DNA from: Escherichia coli
GTDB lineage: Bacteria; Pseudomonadota; Gammaproteobacteria; Enterobacterales; Enterobacteriaceae
DNA: 64,000 nt
Assembly: GCF_046105845.1 (NCBI RefSeq)
Contig: NZ_CP151004.1
Reading direction: 5' to 3' (one strand)
The notes under the pieces are model-generated. The model was not told the origin of the DNA. It saw only the letters and a list, made by a program, of their open reading frames with translations, and did not search any database. Of this stretch, positions 34,262-47,019 are shown piece by piece. Numbering within the stretch: position 1 is the stretch's first letter; each line of letters starts with the position of its first letter. The position numbers and the translations under genes were made by a program.

Positions 34262-34733
34262 ATATCTATTACTCTCCCGAGAGTAAAACTATCAAATCAA
34301 TGAGTAACCGATACAGCCTCACAAATTCTTTCAGATAATTAACCCGTCACTGCGGCACGTTCTCTCGTAAGGCGTGCCTGCAGTGTAATCCAGTATGTAT
34401 CTGGCATAGTTGACGGTTTAATAGAACTCAATTCCTCTCCCAGGTCACCAACAACGATATCTTGTATAACACCCCAGGAGATACGACATTATGATGAGAT
34501 GAGGTATGCTCCTCAGCGCCAATCAACGCCAGGGCTGGGCCAGTTTTGAGATCAGACTCATTCCCGGACTGACTTCAGGCGACATATATCAATGACGTTG
34601 GGGCAATAAAAGATAGCCGATGTAATACATCTATTCAAATTTGTGATACATGTCAAAAAATTGGTTGACCAAACTCGTTATTTATATAAGGGCACTTACG
34701 AAGTGCACTCTTTTTTAAAGCGAGGAAGTACCA

Positions 34734-34835
34734 ATGAAAGAGAATAAAGTACAGCAAATCAGTCATAAACTGATTAATATCGTTGTTTTTATCGCAATTG
34801 TAGAATACGCCTATTTATTTCTCCATTTCTATTAA
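34734..34835 (+). CDS. ykgR: Small membrane protein YkgR (33 aa)
   Basis: ORF MKENKVQQISHKLINIVVFIAIVEYAYLFLHFY; matches recalled YkgR; hydrophobic C-terminal half. Confidence 0.7.
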   Translation: MKENKVQQISHKLINIVVFIAIVEYAYLFLHFY

Positions 34836-35157
34836 TAACGGCAGTAAACTGTTCACTTCAGTGATATTTAAAATATGCATCCTCTCCCTTTTTGTAAGTA
34901 ATTATTATATCCGTGGGAGAGGAATACACGCTGTCAGGTAATCAATCATACTGCGATAAATCATCGGCCAGTAAAGTGGAGATAACCTCCATTCTCGAAA
35001 AAGCGAAACTATCATCAATCACTCATCCAGGCGTTTATGGGAGCGTCGCCAACGGCTGCTAACAATGCCAGACTTCCCCGTTGGGGAAATTCCACATACC
35101 ACAAATAGTCACAGGGATTGGGTGTTGAAATGATCCGGATGAGCATGTATCTTTATG

Positions 35158-35175
35158 GTTATGTTATAACATAAC
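35158..35175. promoter_or_regulatory. Zur box: perfect 18-bp palindrome GTTATGTTATAACATAAC upstream of ykgM
   Basis: Perfect palindrome read directly 9 bp upstream of the ykgM start; matches Zur-box consensus. Confidence 0.85.
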
Positions 35176-35183
35176 AGGTAAAA

Positions 35184-35450
35184 ATGATGAAACCCAATAT
35201 CCATCCTGAGTATCGTACTGTGGTGTTCCATGACACCAGTGTTGATGAGTACTTTAAAATCGGCTCGACTATCAAAACAGACCGTGAGATTGAGCTGGAT
35301 GGCGTAACGTATCCGTACGTGACAATTGATGTCTCTTCGAAATCGCACCCGTTCTATACAGGGAAGCTGAGAACAGTAGCATCAGAAGGAAATGTTGCAC
35401 GGTTCACCCAACGTTTTGGTCGTTTTGTTAGCACGAAAAAGGGGGCGTGA
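35184..35450 (+). CDS. ykgM: Zinc-independent ribosomal protein L31 paralog (type B)
   Basis: 88 aa [18 protein letters not shown]...; lacks the Zn-ribbon Cys pairs; Zur box upstream. Confidence 0.92.
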
Positions 35451-35590
35451 TGAAAGTCCTTAACTCTCTGCGTACCGCAAAAGAACGCCATCCAGACTGT
35501 CAGATTGTGAAGCGAAAAGGACGGCTATATGTGATTTGTAAATCTAATCCACGTTTTAAGGCCGTTCAGGGTCGTAAGAAAAAACGTTGA
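35450..35590 (+). CDS. ykgO: Ribosomal protein L36 paralog
   Basis: 46 aa [46 protein letters not shown]; start overlaps ykgM stop (TGATG). Confidence 0.9.
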   Translation: MKVLNSLRTAKERHPDCQIVKRKGRLYVICKSNPRFKAVQGRKKKR

Positions 35591-35996
35591 TTCAAAATTC
35601 GACGGATTAATGATATTTGTCTGATTAATAATCAGACCTGATTAATGTTGGTGTATTTATTACACCAGCATTAATTTTCTTGGGGATGTATCTTCCTGTT
35701 CATTTAAGGTCAACTGCCTGACGTTTCTCTCCGAATATTCCATTATATTAATGTTGACTTGTTAACCAGGTGCGCCCTGTATGCTGGCATCAACTCTCTT
35801 TTAGACTGAACACGCCACTCAGTTTCCTCCCTTTGCGACGCAGCCTGCATTTACACTCAAACGGTTAAGATGATAAATGTGGTAAATCTGTTGGTACTGA
35901 CATAAAAACGTTTACGTCACAGGAACGGCCTGATCCACCGGTAACCCCATCGCCGACGTTCGAGTGCCAGTTAGAGTAACGCGCACAGATGACTGA

Positions 35997-36221
35997 ATGC
36001 AGTGCCCTGGCAAAGAGGCCATCGTTCCTGTGACAACTGGCAGTCTTCGTTTAACTTCACTTAATTTGGCTCTTAGGGGGCTTACCGGACAGATGACGTA
36101 CTTACACCTGTTTAATTTTTCATCACTTATTGGGATGAACACCCATAACCATTTTGTGCGGCATGTTAATCCATTAAAACACCTTACTGATTGGCAAATC
36201 ATCTTTAATTATGACTCATGA
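35997..36221 (+). CDS. Hypothetical small protein (possibly ykgL-like)
   Basis: 74-aa ORF between ykgO and ecpR; overlaps an opposite-strand ORF; no recognisable motif. Confidence 0.2.
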   Translation: MQCPGKEAIVPVTTGSLRLTSLNLALRGLTGQMTYLHLFNFSSLIGMNTHNHFVRHVNPLKHLTDWQIIFNYDS

Positions 36222-36604
36222 TAGTTTTATATTCTATTTCTTATCATTTAAACTTGTTTTTTTACTAGTCCATCACACAACACATTAAGACTATTCCTAA
36301 CACCTCAGGGCAAAGTTCCTGGCTAATATAAAATGCAAGTAAGAATTGAACGTTATATTGCCAATAACCTTATGAAACTGAATGTCTTTTTCTTCTTATC
36401 AAAAAAGCAATATTTTCATTTTTTGTAAATATTGACTTAACCATGGAATTCCTTTTCTGTTCACATATTGACACTCATCAGGAAAAAAACATAAATTTAA
36501 ACCTAATCGAAATAATTAAAACTTAATCTCGTTTAACCTATATTGATATGTGCTACGTATCTTATTTACTTCCGATTTACTAAAGAAACTGAATGTACCT
36601 GTAA

Positions 36605-37216
<612 letters not shown>

Positions 37217-37290
37217 ACTCCAGGCAAGTTAGTTTTAAAAAATGACTCACAGGGACATCACGTCCTCAATTCAACTCGGGAAGAAAAGCA

Positions 37291-37878
37291 ATGAAAAAAA
37301 AGGTTCTGGCAATAGCTCTGGTAACGGTGTTTACCGGTACAGGTGTGGCGCAGGCTGCTGACGTAACAGCTCAGGCTGTAGCGACCTGGTCAGCAACAGC
37401 CAAAAAAGACACCACCAGTAAGCTGGTTGTGACGCCACTCGGTAGCCTGGCGTTCCAGTATGCCGAAGGCATTAAAGGTTTTAACTCACAGAAAGGTCTA
37501 TTTGACGTAGCTATCGAGGGTGACTCAACGGCTACCGCCTTTAAACTGACCTCACGTCTTATCACCAACACCTTAACCCAGTTGGATACCTCAGGTTCCA
37601 CACTGAATGTGGGCGTGGATTATAACGGCGCGGCAGTCGAAAAAACTGGCGATACCGTGATGATCGATACCGCCAACGGCGTACTGGGCGGCAACCTTAG
37701 CCCACTGGCTAACGGTTACAATGCCAGCAATCGTACCACCGCACAGGATGGTTTCACTTTCTCCATCATCAGCGGCACCACCAATGGTACCACCGCAGTA
37801 ACCGATTACAGCACTCTACCGGAAGGCATCTGGAGCGGCGACGTTAGCGTACAGTTCGACGCTACCTGGACCAGTTAA
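37291..37878 (+). CDS. ecpA: E. coli common pilus major subunit EcpA (MatB)
   Basis: 195 aa with signal peptide [22 protein letters not shown]; sequence matches recalled EcpA. Confidence 0.92.
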   Translation: MKKKVLAIALVTVFTGTGVAQAADVTAQAVATWSATAKKDTTSKLVVTPLGSLAFQYAEGIKGFNSQKGLFDVAIEGDSTATAFKLTSRLITNTLTQLDTSGSTLNVGVDYNGAAVEKTGDTVMIDTANGVLGGNLSPLANGYNASNRTTAQDGFTFSIISGTTNGTTAVTDYSTLPEGIWSGDVSVQFDATWTS

Positions 37879-37933
37879 TCTCTCTGATGTACCAGCAGGG
37901 GTCCCCCCTGCTTTATTCCTGGACGGAATTGTT

Positions 37934-38602
37934 ATGAAAAAGCACCTTCTGCCTCTCACTCTGCTGTTTTCCGGAATATCTCCGGCCCAGGCGCTGGATG
38001 TCGGCGATATATCATCGTTTATGAACAGTGACAGCAGCACGCTGAGCAAAACGATCAAAAACAGTACCGACAGTGGTCGCCTCATCAATATCCGTCTCGA
38101 ACGGCTCTCTTCACCGCTTGACGACGGGCAGGTTATCGCAATGGACAAGCCGGATGAGTTGCTACTCACTCCCGCCAGCTTGCTGCTACCCGCCCAAGCC
38201 AGCGAAGTGATCCGCTTCTTCTATAAGGGACCCGCAGATGAAAAAGAGCGCTACTACCGCATTGTCTGGTTTGATCAGGCCCTCAGTGATGCGCAGCGCG
38301 ATAATGCCAACCGAAGCGCTGTAGCCACTGCTTCCGCCCGCATCGGCACCATTCTGGTCGTCGCCCCTCGCCAGGCGAACTACCACTTTCAGTACGCCAA
38401 CGGCTCCCTGACAAATACAGGAAATGCGACGCTGCGGATCCTCGCCTACGGCCCCTGCCTGAAAGCCGTCAATGGTAAGGAGTGTAAAGAGAATTACTAC
38501 CTGATGCCGGGCAAGTCGCGTCGTTTTACCCGCGTGGACACTGCGGATAACAAAGGACGGGTTGCACTTTGGCAGGGTGATAAGTTCATTCCCGTGAAAT
38601 AG
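37934..38602 (+). CDS. ecpB: ECP periplasmic chaperone EcpB
   Basis: 222 aa, signal peptide, position in operon. Confidence 0.85.
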   Translation: MKKHLLPLTLLFSGISPAQALDVGDISSFMNSDSSTLSKTIKNSTDSGRLINIRLERLSSPLDDGQVIAMDKPDELLLTPASLLLPAQASEVIRFFYKGPADEKERYYRIVWFDQALSDAQRDNANRSAVATASARIGTILVVAPRQANYHFQYANGSLTNTGNATLRILAYGPCLKAVNGKECKENYYLMPGKSRRFTRVDTADNKGRVALWQGDKFIPVK

Positions 38603-38627
38603 ATAGCTGTGCAGATGGATAACGACA

Positions 38628-41153
38628 ATGCCTTTACGACGGTTCTCCCCAGGACTGAAAGCCCAGTTTGCCTTCGGCATGGTCTTTTTGTTCGTTCAGC
38701 CCGATGCCAGCGCTGCTGACATAAGTGCGCAGCAAATAGGTGGGGTGATTATTCCGCAGGCCTTCAGTCAGGCGCTTCAGGACGGCATGAGCGTCCCGCT
38801 CTATATTCATCTCGCCGGTAGCCAGGGTCGCCAGGACGATCAGCGAATCGGCAGCGCTTTTATCTGGCTGGATGATGGACAGCTACGCATCCGGAAAATA
38901 CAGCTTGAAGAGAGTGAAGATAACGCCAGTGTCAGCGAACAAACTCGACAACAGCTGATGGCTCTGGCGAACGCCCCGTTCAATGAGGCCCTTACCATCA
39001 CACTGACTGACAACGCGCAGCTGGATCTCAGCTTGCGCCAACTGCTGCTGCAGCTGGTGGTCAAGCGCGAAGCGCTTGGCACCGTACTACGCTCACGTAG
39101 CGAAGACATCGGGCAGTCCAGTGTTAACACCCTCAGCAGTAATCTGAGCTATAACTTCGGCATCTATAACAACCAGTTGCGTAACGGCGGGAGCAACACC
39201 TCCAGCTATCTGTCGCTGAATAACGTTACTGCGCTGCGCGAACATCACGTGGTGCTCGACGGCTCACTGTACGGGATTGGTAGCGGTCAACAGGACAGTG
39301 AATTATATAAAGCGATGTATGAACGCGATTTTGCCGGTCACCGATTTGCCGGTGGAATGCTCGACACCTGGAACTTGCAGTCCTTAGGGCCGATGACCGC
39401 CATTTCAGCAGGGAAGATTTACGGCCTTTCCTGGGGAAACCAGGCCAGCTCCACCATCTTCGACAGCAGCCAGTCGGCCACGCCAGTGATCGCCTTTTTA
39501 CCGGCGGCGGGCGAAGTACATCTCACCCGTGATGGCAGGCTACTAAGCGTTCAGAACTTCACCATGGGCAATCATGAAGTGGATACCCGGGGTCTACCGT
39601 ACGGTATTTACGATGTGGAAGTTGAGGTCATCGTTAACGGTCGCGTGATCAGCAAACGCACTCAACGGGTCAATAAGCTGTTTAGCCGGGGGCGCGGCGT
39701 CGGTGCACCACTGGCGTGGCAGATATGGGGCGGTAGCTTTCATATGGATCGCTGGTCGGAAAACGGGAAAAAGACGCGACCAGCCAAAGAGAGTTGGCTG
39801 GCAGGTGCCTCGACCTCCGGCTCACTGAGTACGCTTAGCTGGGCGGCAACGGGATATGGATACGATAATCAGGCCGTGGGTGAAACCCGTCTGACGCTGC
39901 CGCTTGGGGGGGCGATCAACGTTAACCTGCAAAATATGCTGGCCAGTGACAGCTCATGGAGCAGCATCGGCAGCATCAGCGCCACTCTACCGGGAGGCTT
40001 TAGTTCGCTGTGGGTTAATCAGGAAAAAACCCGCATTGGCAATCAATTGCGACGTAGCGATGCCGACAACCGTGCTATCGGCGGCACACTCAACCTGAAC
40101 TCACTGTGGTCGAAGCTGGGTACGTTCAGCATCAGCTACAATGATGACCGCCGCTACAACAGCCATTATTACACGGCAGATTACTATCAAAGTGTCTACA
40201 GCGGTACCTTTGGTTCGCTTGGCCTGCGGGCCGGTATTCAGCGCTATAACAACGGCGACAGCAGCGCCAATACAGGGAAATATATCGCTCTCGATCTCTC
40301 GCTACCACTGGGCAACTGGTTTAGCGCAGGGATGACCCATCAAAACGGCTACACCATGGCAAACCTGTCAGCACGCAAACAGTTTGATGAAGGAACCATT
40401 CGCACTGTTGGTGCCAATCTGTCACGAGCCATCTCCGGCGATACCGGTGATGACAAAACCCTCAGCGGTGGGGCGTATGCACAGTTCGACGCTCGTTACG
40501 CCAGCGGAACGCTGAACGTCAATAGCGCGGCGGACGGCTACATCAATACCAACTTGACCGCCAATGGCAGCGTCGGCTGGCAGGGTAAAAACATCGCTGC
40601 CAGCGGGCGGACTGATGGCAACGCTGGGGTGATATTCAACACCGGGCTGGAGGACGACGGTCAGATCAGCGCCAAAATCAACGGGCGGATTTTCCCGCTT
40701 AACGGCAAGCGTAACTATCTCCCGCTCTCTCCCTATGGAAGATATGAGGTGGAGTTACAGAACAGCAAAAACTCACTCGACAGCTACGATATCGTCAGCG
40801 GCCGCAAAAGCCATCTGACTCTCTATCCAGGCAATGTCGCTGTCATTGAGCCAGAGGTGAAGCAGATGGTTACCGTCTCCGGTCGTATCCGTGCGGAAGA
40901 CGGCACACTGCTGGCTAACGCACGGATTAACAACCATATCGACCGAACCCGAACCGATGAAAACGGCGAGTTTGTCATGGATGTGGACAAGAAATACCCC
41001 ACTATCGATTTTCGCTACAGTGGCAATAAAACCTGCGAAGTGGCACTGGAACTCAACCAGGCGCGCGGTGCCGTCTGGGTCGGTGATGTGGTCTGCAGCG
41101 GCCTCTCATCGTGGGCGGCGGTGACGCAGACAGGAGAAGAGAATGAGAGTTAA
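38628..41153 (+). CDS. ecpC: ECP outer-membrane usher EcpC
   Basis: 841 aa, signal peptide, usher-size beta-rich protein. Confidence 0.88.
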   Translation: MPLRRFSPGLKAQFAFGMVFLFVQPDASAADISAQQIGGVIIPQAFSQALQDGMSVPLYIHLAGSQGRQDDQRIGSAFIWLDDGQLRIRKIQLEESEDNASVSEQTRQQLMALANAPFNEALTITLTDNAQLDLSLRQLLLQLVVKREALGTVLRSRSEDIGQSSVNTLSSNLSYNFGIYNNQLRNGGSNTSSYLSLNNVTALREHHVVLDGSLYGIGSGQQDSELYKAMYERDFAGHRFAGGMLDTWNLQSLGPMTAISAGKIYGLSWGNQASSTIFDSSQSATPVIAFLPAAGEVHLTRDGRLLSVQNFTMGNHEVDTRGLPYGIYDVEVEVIVNGRVISKRTQRVNKLFSRGRGVGAPLAWQIWGGSFHMDRWSENGKKTRPAKESWLAGASTSGSLSTLSWAATGYGYDNQAVGETRLTLPLGGAINVNLQNMLASDSSWSSIGSISATLPGGFSSLWVNQEKTRIGNQLRRSDADNRAIGGTLNLNSLWSKLGTFSISYNDDRRYNSHYYTADYYQSVYSGTFGSLGLRAGIQRYNNGDSSANTGKYIALDLSLPLGNWFSAGMTHQNGYTMANLSARKQFDEGTIRTVGANLSRAISGDTGDDKTLSGGAYAQFDARYASGTLNVNSAADGYINTNLTANGSVGWQGKNIAASGRTDGNAGVIFNTGLEDDGQISAKINGRIFPLNGKRNYLPLSPYGRYEVELQNSKNSLDSYDIVSGRKSHLTLYPGNVAVIEPEVKQMVTVSGRIRAEDGTLLANARINNHIDRTRTDENGEFVMDVDKKYPTIDFRYSGNKTCEVALELNQARGAVWVGDVVCSGLSSWAAVTQTGEENES

Positions 41154-42786
41154 CCTACTGATAGCGATGATAATCTTTGCGCTAATCTGGCCTGCAACCG
41201 CGCTCAGAGCGGCAGTGAGCAAAACAACCTGGGCGGATGCTCCGGCACGCGAGTTTGTGTTTGTCGAAAACAACTCAGACGACAACTTTTTCGTCACGCC
41301 TGGCGGGGCGCTGGATCCGCGCCTGACCGGTGCCAACCGCTGGACCGGTTTAAAATACAATGGTTCAGGAACCATCTATCAGCAAAGTCTCGGCTACATT
41401 GATAACGGTTACAACACCGGCCTTTATACCAACTGGAAGTTTGATATGTGGCTGGAAAATTCACCAGTTTCATCTCCTTTAACTGGCTTGCGCTGCATCA
41501 ACTGGTACGCCGGGTGTAATATGACCACCAGTCTTATCCTGCCGCAAACCACCGACGCCAGTGGATTTTATGGCGCGACGGTGACCAGCGGCGGCGCGAA
41601 GTGGATGCACGGCATGTTGTCAGACGCGTTTTACCAGTATCTGCAACAAATGCCCGTCGGCAGCAGCTTTACAATGACCATCAATGCCTGCCAGACCTCT
41701 GTGAACTATGACGCCAGCAGCGGCGCACGCTGTAAGGATCAGGCCTCCGGCAACTGGTATGTTCGCAACGTCACCCATACGAAAGCAGCAAATCTACGGT
41801 TGATAAATACCCACTCGCTGGCGGAGGTGTTTATCAACAGCGACGGAGTACCGACTCTGGGCGAAGGGAACGCCGACTGCCGGACGCAAACCATCGGCAG
41901 CCGTTCAGGATTAAGTTGTAAGATGGTTAACTATACCCTGCAAACAAACGGACTCAGCAACACCTCAATCCATATCTTCCCGGCGATCGCCAACTCGTCG
42001 TTAGCCTCGGCCGTCGGGGCGTACGATATGCAGTTCAGTCTGAATGGCAGTTCATGGAAACCGGTGAGCAATACTGCCTATTACTACACCTTCAACGAGA
42101 TGAAGAGCGCAGACTCGATCTATGTTTTCTTCTCGAGCAACTTCTTTAAGCAGATGGTGAACCTCGGGATCAGCGATATCAACACCAAAGATCTATTCAA
42201 CTTTCGCTTTCAGAACACCACATCACCGGAGTCTGGCTGGTATGAATTTTCTACCTCCAACACGCTGATTATCAAACCCCGTGATTTCAGCATCAGTATT
42301 ATCTCCGATGAATATACTCAGACACCGTCGCGGGAGGGATATGTTGGCAGCGGCGAGTCGGCACTCGATTTCGGCTATATCGTAACCACCAGCGGTAAAA
42401 CAGCTGCCGACGAAGTGCTGATCAAGGTGACCGGACCCGCGCAGGTGATTGGCGGGCGCTCCTATTGTGTCTTCAGCTCCGATGATGGTAAGGCGAAAGT
42501 ACCGTTCCCGGCGACGCTTTCCTTTATTACCCGCAGCGGAGCTACAAAAACCTACGATGCCGGGTGCGATGATAGCTGGCGGGATATGACCGATGCGCTG
42601 TGGCTGACCACACCGTGGACTGATATCTCTGGCGAAGTGGGGCAGATGGATAAGACCACAGTCAAATTTTCGATTCCAATGGATAACGCCATTTCGCTGC
42701 GTACGGTAGATGATAACGGCTGGTTTGGCGAAGTCAGCGCTTCAGGAGAGATTCATGTTCAGGCGACGTGGCGTAACATTAACTAA
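41143..42786 (+). CDS. ecpD: ECP tip adhesin / polymerised minor subunit EcpD
   Basis: 547 aa, signal peptide; overlaps ecpC end by 11 bp. Confidence 0.88.
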   Translation: MRVNLLIAMIIFALIWPATALRAAVSKTTWADAPAREFVFVENNSDDNFFVTPGGALDPRLTGANRWTGLKYNGSGTIYQQSLGYIDNGYNTGLYTNWKFDMWLENSPVSSPLTGLRCINWYAGCNMTTSLILPQTTDASGFYGATVTSGGAKWMHGMLSDAFYQYLQQMPVGSSFTMTINACQTSVNYDASSGARCKDQASGNWYVRNVTHTKAANLRLINTHSLAEVFINSDGVPTLGEGNADCRTQTIGSRSGLSCKMVNYTLQTNGLSNTSIHIFPAIANSSLASAVGAYDMQFSLNGSSWKPVSNTAYYYTFNEMKSADSIYVFFSSNFFKQMVNLGISDINTKDLFNFRFQNTTSPESGWYEFSTSNTLIIKPRDFSISIISDEYTQTPSREGYVGSGESALDFGYIVTTSGKTAADEVLIKVTGPAQVIGGRSYCVFSSDDGKAKVPFPATLSFITRSGATKTYDAGCDDSWRDMTDALWLTTPWTDISGEVGQMDKTTVKFSIPMDNAISLRTVDDNGWFGEVSASGEIHVQATWRNIN

Positions 42787-43465
42787 GGCCCTGCTGACAG
42801 TGGTCTGTATGCTGGCGGCACCTTTGACACAGGCGATTTCGGTCGGCAATCTGACTTTTTCACTGCCGTCCGAGACTGACTTTGTCAGCAAACGTGTAGT
42901 GAATAACAACAAAAGCGCACGGATATACCGTATTGCCATCAGTGCTATTGATAGCCCGGGCAGCAGTGAATTGCGCACCCGACTGGTGGATGGTGAACTG
43001 CTTTTCGCCCCCCGCCAGCTGGCGTTGCAGGCTGGTGAGAGCGAGTATTTTAAATTTTACTATCATGGTCCACGGGATAACCGCGAGCGCTACTACCGGG
43101 TCTCATTTCGCGAGGTCCCCACTCGCAACCAGACAAGACGCAGCCCAACCGGCGGCGAGGTCAGCACGGAGCCGGTGGTGGTGATGGATACCATTCTGGT
43201 AGTACGACCTCGTCAGGTTCAGTTTAAATGGTCCTTCGACCAGGTGACAGGAACGGTAAGTAACACTGGCAACACATGGTTTAAGCTACTGATTAAGCCA
43301 GGATGTGATTCGACCGAAGAGGAAGGCGATGCCTGGTATCTACGTCCGGGAGACGTGGTTCATCAGCCTGAGTTACGTCAGCCGGGGAATCATTATCTGG
43401 TCTATAACGACAAATTCATTAAGATTAGCGATTCCTGTCCGGCTAAGCCCCCTTCGGCGGACTAA
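42755..43465 (+). CDS. ecpE: ECP second chaperone EcpE
   Basis: 236 aa from [14 protein letters not shown]; paralogous to EcpB (shared YYRxxF / RPRQ motifs); overlaps ecpD end. Confidence 0.85.
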   Translation: MFRRRGVTLTKALLTVVCMLAAPLTQAISVGNLTFSLPSETDFVSKRVVNNNKSARIYRIAISAIDSPGSSELRTRLVDGELLFAPRQLALQAGESEYFKFYYHGPRDNRERYYRVSFREVPTRNQTRRSPTGGEVSTEPVVVMDTILVVRPRQVQFKWSFDQVTGTVSNTGNTWFKLLIKPGCDSTEEEGDAWYLRPGDVVHQPELRQPGNHYLVYNDKFIKISDSCPAKPPSAD

Positions 43466-43777
43466 GACTTATCCATCGGTCGAGGGAAGAATTCCACCTC
43501 AGAGCCCCAAAAATCGTTTAAATGATGTGGAAGCGATCGTCAATGTCACCTGTAATGATGGGCTTTCTCATATGCACACCATAGTGTTCAGGAGACACGG
43601 AAAGGTACCAGGCAGCCTGCTAACGAGTGGTTTATTCACGAATTAGTACGTAAAATCGGTAAAGGCTGGAAATCATTCAATACTCACACTATCGAAAGTT
43701 CCCCAGCCAACCGCGGTACGTTCTTACATACGATGTACCGCTGTTCTCTTTACGATTTATAGCTGTACTGGTGAATT

Positions 43778-44107
43778 ATGAGCAATCTGAATCCATGCAT
43801 GACGTGTGGTGCCTGTTGTGCATTTTTCCGCGTCTCTTTTTACTGGGCCGAAGCCGACGATGCTGGCGGTACCATTCCCGCCAGGCTCACTGAACAAATA
43901 TCCCCTTTTCACCGATGCATGAGCGGTACCAATCAGAAAAACCCCCGATGTATTGCCCTTGCAGGAACACCGGGCAAAAATGCCTGCTGCACGATATATA
44001 AAAATCGATCGTCCACGTGCAGAGAATTCGCCATGTCTGGTGAGAACGGAGTCGTCAATGAGGCTTGCAATCGTGCAAGAGCTAAATACGGGCTGACACC
44101 GTTATAA
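43778..44107 (+). CDS. ykgJ: Cys-rich putative Fe-S/zinc-binding protein YkgJ
   Basis: 109 aa; CxxCGxCC and further Cys motifs. Confidence 0.8.
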
Positions 44108-44355
44108 ATATGCAATAATTAATTGCACTGCCCCGCCAGCTATAATCGCGGGGCTTCGTTTTTCAGGGATAACAAAACCCGAAACTTCTTCCATCTGCCA
44201 GCAACAATGCCTCTTCCTCTATAGTGTTCTCCGGATCTACAGCATCCTGAAGTAGCGCGATGTACTCATTGGCTATCTGCGTCAGAAAGTTAAAAACAAT
44301 GTTTTTAACCTATAAAAATGGCGCTGTATTTGCGCCATTTTTATCATTCAATGCA

Positions 44356-44970
44356 TTATCTGTTTGAGCCTAAAGGGATCTCAGGGTCTGGCTCATGAGT
44401 AATTCTGTTTCGTAAATCTCTGCGAATAATTTCAATGGACCAGAACCAGACTAAATGTCCAAAAATTTCAGAAACATTCTCATACCACGGGAGATCAAAC
44501 AGAGGTGGCGTCAGTCCCATGAGAGGGAATGAAATCATATGAACAAAAAGTTGGGCTAAAGCACCTGCCAGTAAGCCCTGCCAGAGTTTAATTTTTGGAA
44601 ATACTTCAGCGACCACACAGTAACCAACGGCAAACACTATCGAAAAGATAATGTGCGTAACGCCAACCCAGTTAAAGACATGCCCGGCAAAGGTATAAAC
44701 AGCCGCATTGGGATCTGTCAGCCCTAGCCAGTCTCGAAGAAAAATATACGGAGGATTGAGAAAATTACGGGAGCAATCAATTTGCCCAGCAGCCCTGATT
44801 AATGATTCCGGGCCACACGCTGCATTAAACATATCCACCGGGCTACGTGGCGGCAATGGAACTTCAGCCCCCCACTTCACAAATGCGGAAACAACGCCAG
44901 CAATCAGCCCAATGAATGCAGCAAGACCATAACGTCTGCGGTTCGGTGGAGTTTGTTCAAATATATTCAT
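44356..44970 (-). CDS. yagU: Inner-membrane protein YagU (DUF1440)
   Basis: 204 aa, multi-TM; matches recalled YagU. Confidence 0.8.
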
Positions 44971-45376
44971 ATCTACCCTGCTTGTACCATTATGTTATAC
45001 ACCTCTTCAGGAGTATTCATAAAACAAGACAAATGTAAAGAACTGTATTGTTTTGTATAACAAAATAGTTTCCTAATCGCCAATGAATATAAGCACCATC
45101 ATTTCTCCCTATTTTTATGTTAGAAGTGACAAAGATTTGTAGGGTGATGCAGAGCTGACAATCACAGGTTTCCTTATCGGTTTTTGCATCGCACAACTAA
45201 AGCAATAAACGAGCTCCCGTCATCGGCGAATATGAATTAATTAGCCGGGCTCATAGCTGCATTCGCGTTTTAAGAATAATCCTCCTGCTCTCACCGACTA
45301 TGCTTAACATTTAAAAAAGCATCAGCACTCTCGCAACGCTCTCTTATTTTCCCCTTTAGAATACCGGAGGCCTGGT

Positions 45377-46066
45377 ATGAGCAACCAAGGCGAATACCCC
45401 GAAGATAATCGGGTTGGGAAGCACGAGCCGCACGATTTTAGTTTGACCCGTCGCGATCTGATTAAAGTCAGCGCCGCAACGGCGGCGACCGCCGTGGTTT
45501 ATCCTCATTCTACGCTTGCAGCAAGCGTTCCGGCAGCTACACCCGCGCCCGAGATAATGCCCCTGACACTTAAGGTGAACGGCAAAACCGAGCAGTTGGA
45601 CGTTGATACCCGAACCACGCTACTGGACGCTTTGCGTGAAAATCTGCATCTGATCGGTACCAAGAAAGGTTGCGATCACGGGCAGTGCGGAGCCTGTACC
45701 GTGCTGGTCAATGGTCGCAGGCTTAATGCCTGCCTGACGCTTGCAGTCATGCATCAGGGGGCCGAGATCACCACCATTGAAGGCCTGGGTTCACCAGAGA
45801 ATCTTCACCCCATGCAGGCGGCCTTTATCAAGCATGATGGCTTCCAGTGCGGCTACTGCACCTCCGGGCAAATTTGCTCATCAGTAGCGGTGCTAAAAGA
45901 GATTCAGGACGGCATTCCCAGTCACGTCACGGTCGATTTGGTTTCCCCTCCAGAAAGAACTGCCGATGAGATCCGTGAACGTATGAGCGGCAACATCTGT
46001 CGCTGTGGTGCATACGCTAACATCCTTGCCGCCATTGAAGATGCTGCGGGGGAGATAAAATCATGA
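45377..46066 (+). CDS. paoA: Periplasmic aldehyde oxidoreductase 2Fe-2S subunit PaoA (Tat signal)
   Basis: 229 aa; twin-arginine motif TRRDLIKV; 2Fe-2S Cys motifs [10 protein letters not shown] and CGYC...CRCG. Confidence 0.92.
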   Translation: MSNQGEYPEDNRVGKHEPHDFSLTRRDLIKVSAATAATAVVYPHSTLAASVPAATPAPEIMPLTLKVNGKTEQLDVDTRTTLLDALRENLHLIGTKKGCDHGQCGACTVLVNGRRLNACLTLAVMHQGAEITTIEGLGSPENLHPMQAAFIKHDGFQCGYCTSGQICSSVAVLKEIQDGIPSHVTVDLVSPPERTADEIRERMSGNICRCGAYANILAAIEDAAGEIKS

Positions 46067-47019
46067 AGGCGTTTACCTATGAACGAGTGAACACCCCGGC
46101 CGAGGCGGCACTTAGCGCTCAGCGCGTACCCGGCGCAAAATTTATCGCTGGCGGGACCAATCTGCTGGACCTGATGAAGCTGGAAATTGAAACGCCCACC
46201 CACCTTATCGATGTGAACGGCCTCGGGCTCGATAAGATTGAAGTGACCGACGCGGGTGGGCTGCGCATCGGCGCACTGGTACGGAACACCGACCTGGCGG
46301 CTCACGAGCGCGTGCGTCGTGATTACGCGGTACTCTCCCGCGCCCTGCTCGCTGGCGCGTCTGGTCAGTTACGTAATCAGGCAACCACCGCAGGTAATCT
46401 GCTCCAGCGCACGCGCTGCCCCTATTTTTACGACACCAATCAGCCCTGCAATAAGCGCCTGCCCGGGAGCGGCTGCGCGGCACTTGAAGGCTTTAGCCGT
46501 CAGCACGCGGTGGTAGGCGTAAGCGAAGCCTGCATTGCCACCCATCCGAGCGATATGGCGGTCGCAATGCGGTTGCTGGATGCGGTAGTGGAAACCATCA
46601 CGCCGGAGGGAAAGACTCGCAGTATCACACTGGCTGATTTTTATCACCCACCGGGGAAAACGCCGCACATTGAAACCGCCCTGCTTCCCGGTGAGCTTAT
46701 CGTTGCGGTGACGTTACCTCCGCCGCTCGGCGGAAAACATATCTACCGCAAGGTGCGCGATCGCGCCTCCTACGCCTTTGCTCTGGTGTCGGTCGCGGCG
46801 ATTATCCAGCCAGACGGCAGCGGGCGCGTCGCACTGGGCGGAGTAGCTCATAAGCCCTGGCGCATTGAGGCTGCGGATGCTCAGCTATCCCAGGGGGCGC
46901 AGGCCGTGTATGACGCGCTGTTCGCCAGCGCCCATCCCACCGCTGAAAACACCTTTAAACTCCTGTTGGCGAAGCGAACGCTTGCCTCCGTACTGGCTGA
47001 AGCGAGGGCACAGGCATGA
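46063..47019 (+). CDS. paoB: Aldehyde oxidoreductase FAD-binding subunit PaoB
   Basis: 318 aa; CO-dehydrogenase flavoprotein-like; 4-bp overlap with paoA. Confidence 0.9.
   Translation: MKAFTYERVNTPAEAALSAQRVPGAKFIAGGTNLLDLMKLEIETPTHLIDVNGLGLDKIEVTDAGGLRIGALVRNTDLAAHERVRRDYAVLSRALLAGASGQLRNQATTAGNLLQRTRCPYFYDTNQPCNKRLPGSGCAALEGFSRQHAVVGVSEACIATHPSDMAVAMRLLDAVVETITPEGKTRSITLADFYHPPGKTPHIETALLPGELIVAVTLPPPLGGKHIYRKVRDRASYAFALVSVAAIIQPDGSGRVALGGVAHKPWRIEAADAQLSQGAQAVYDALFASAHPTAENTFKLLLAKRTLASVLAEARAQA

Noticed and set aside
35912-36202. 96-aa minus-strand ORF overlapping the 74-aa plus-strand ORF between ykgO and ecpR
   Set aside because: The two ORFs are mutually exclusive and neither has a motif I recognise; only the plus-strand one is listed, at low confidence.
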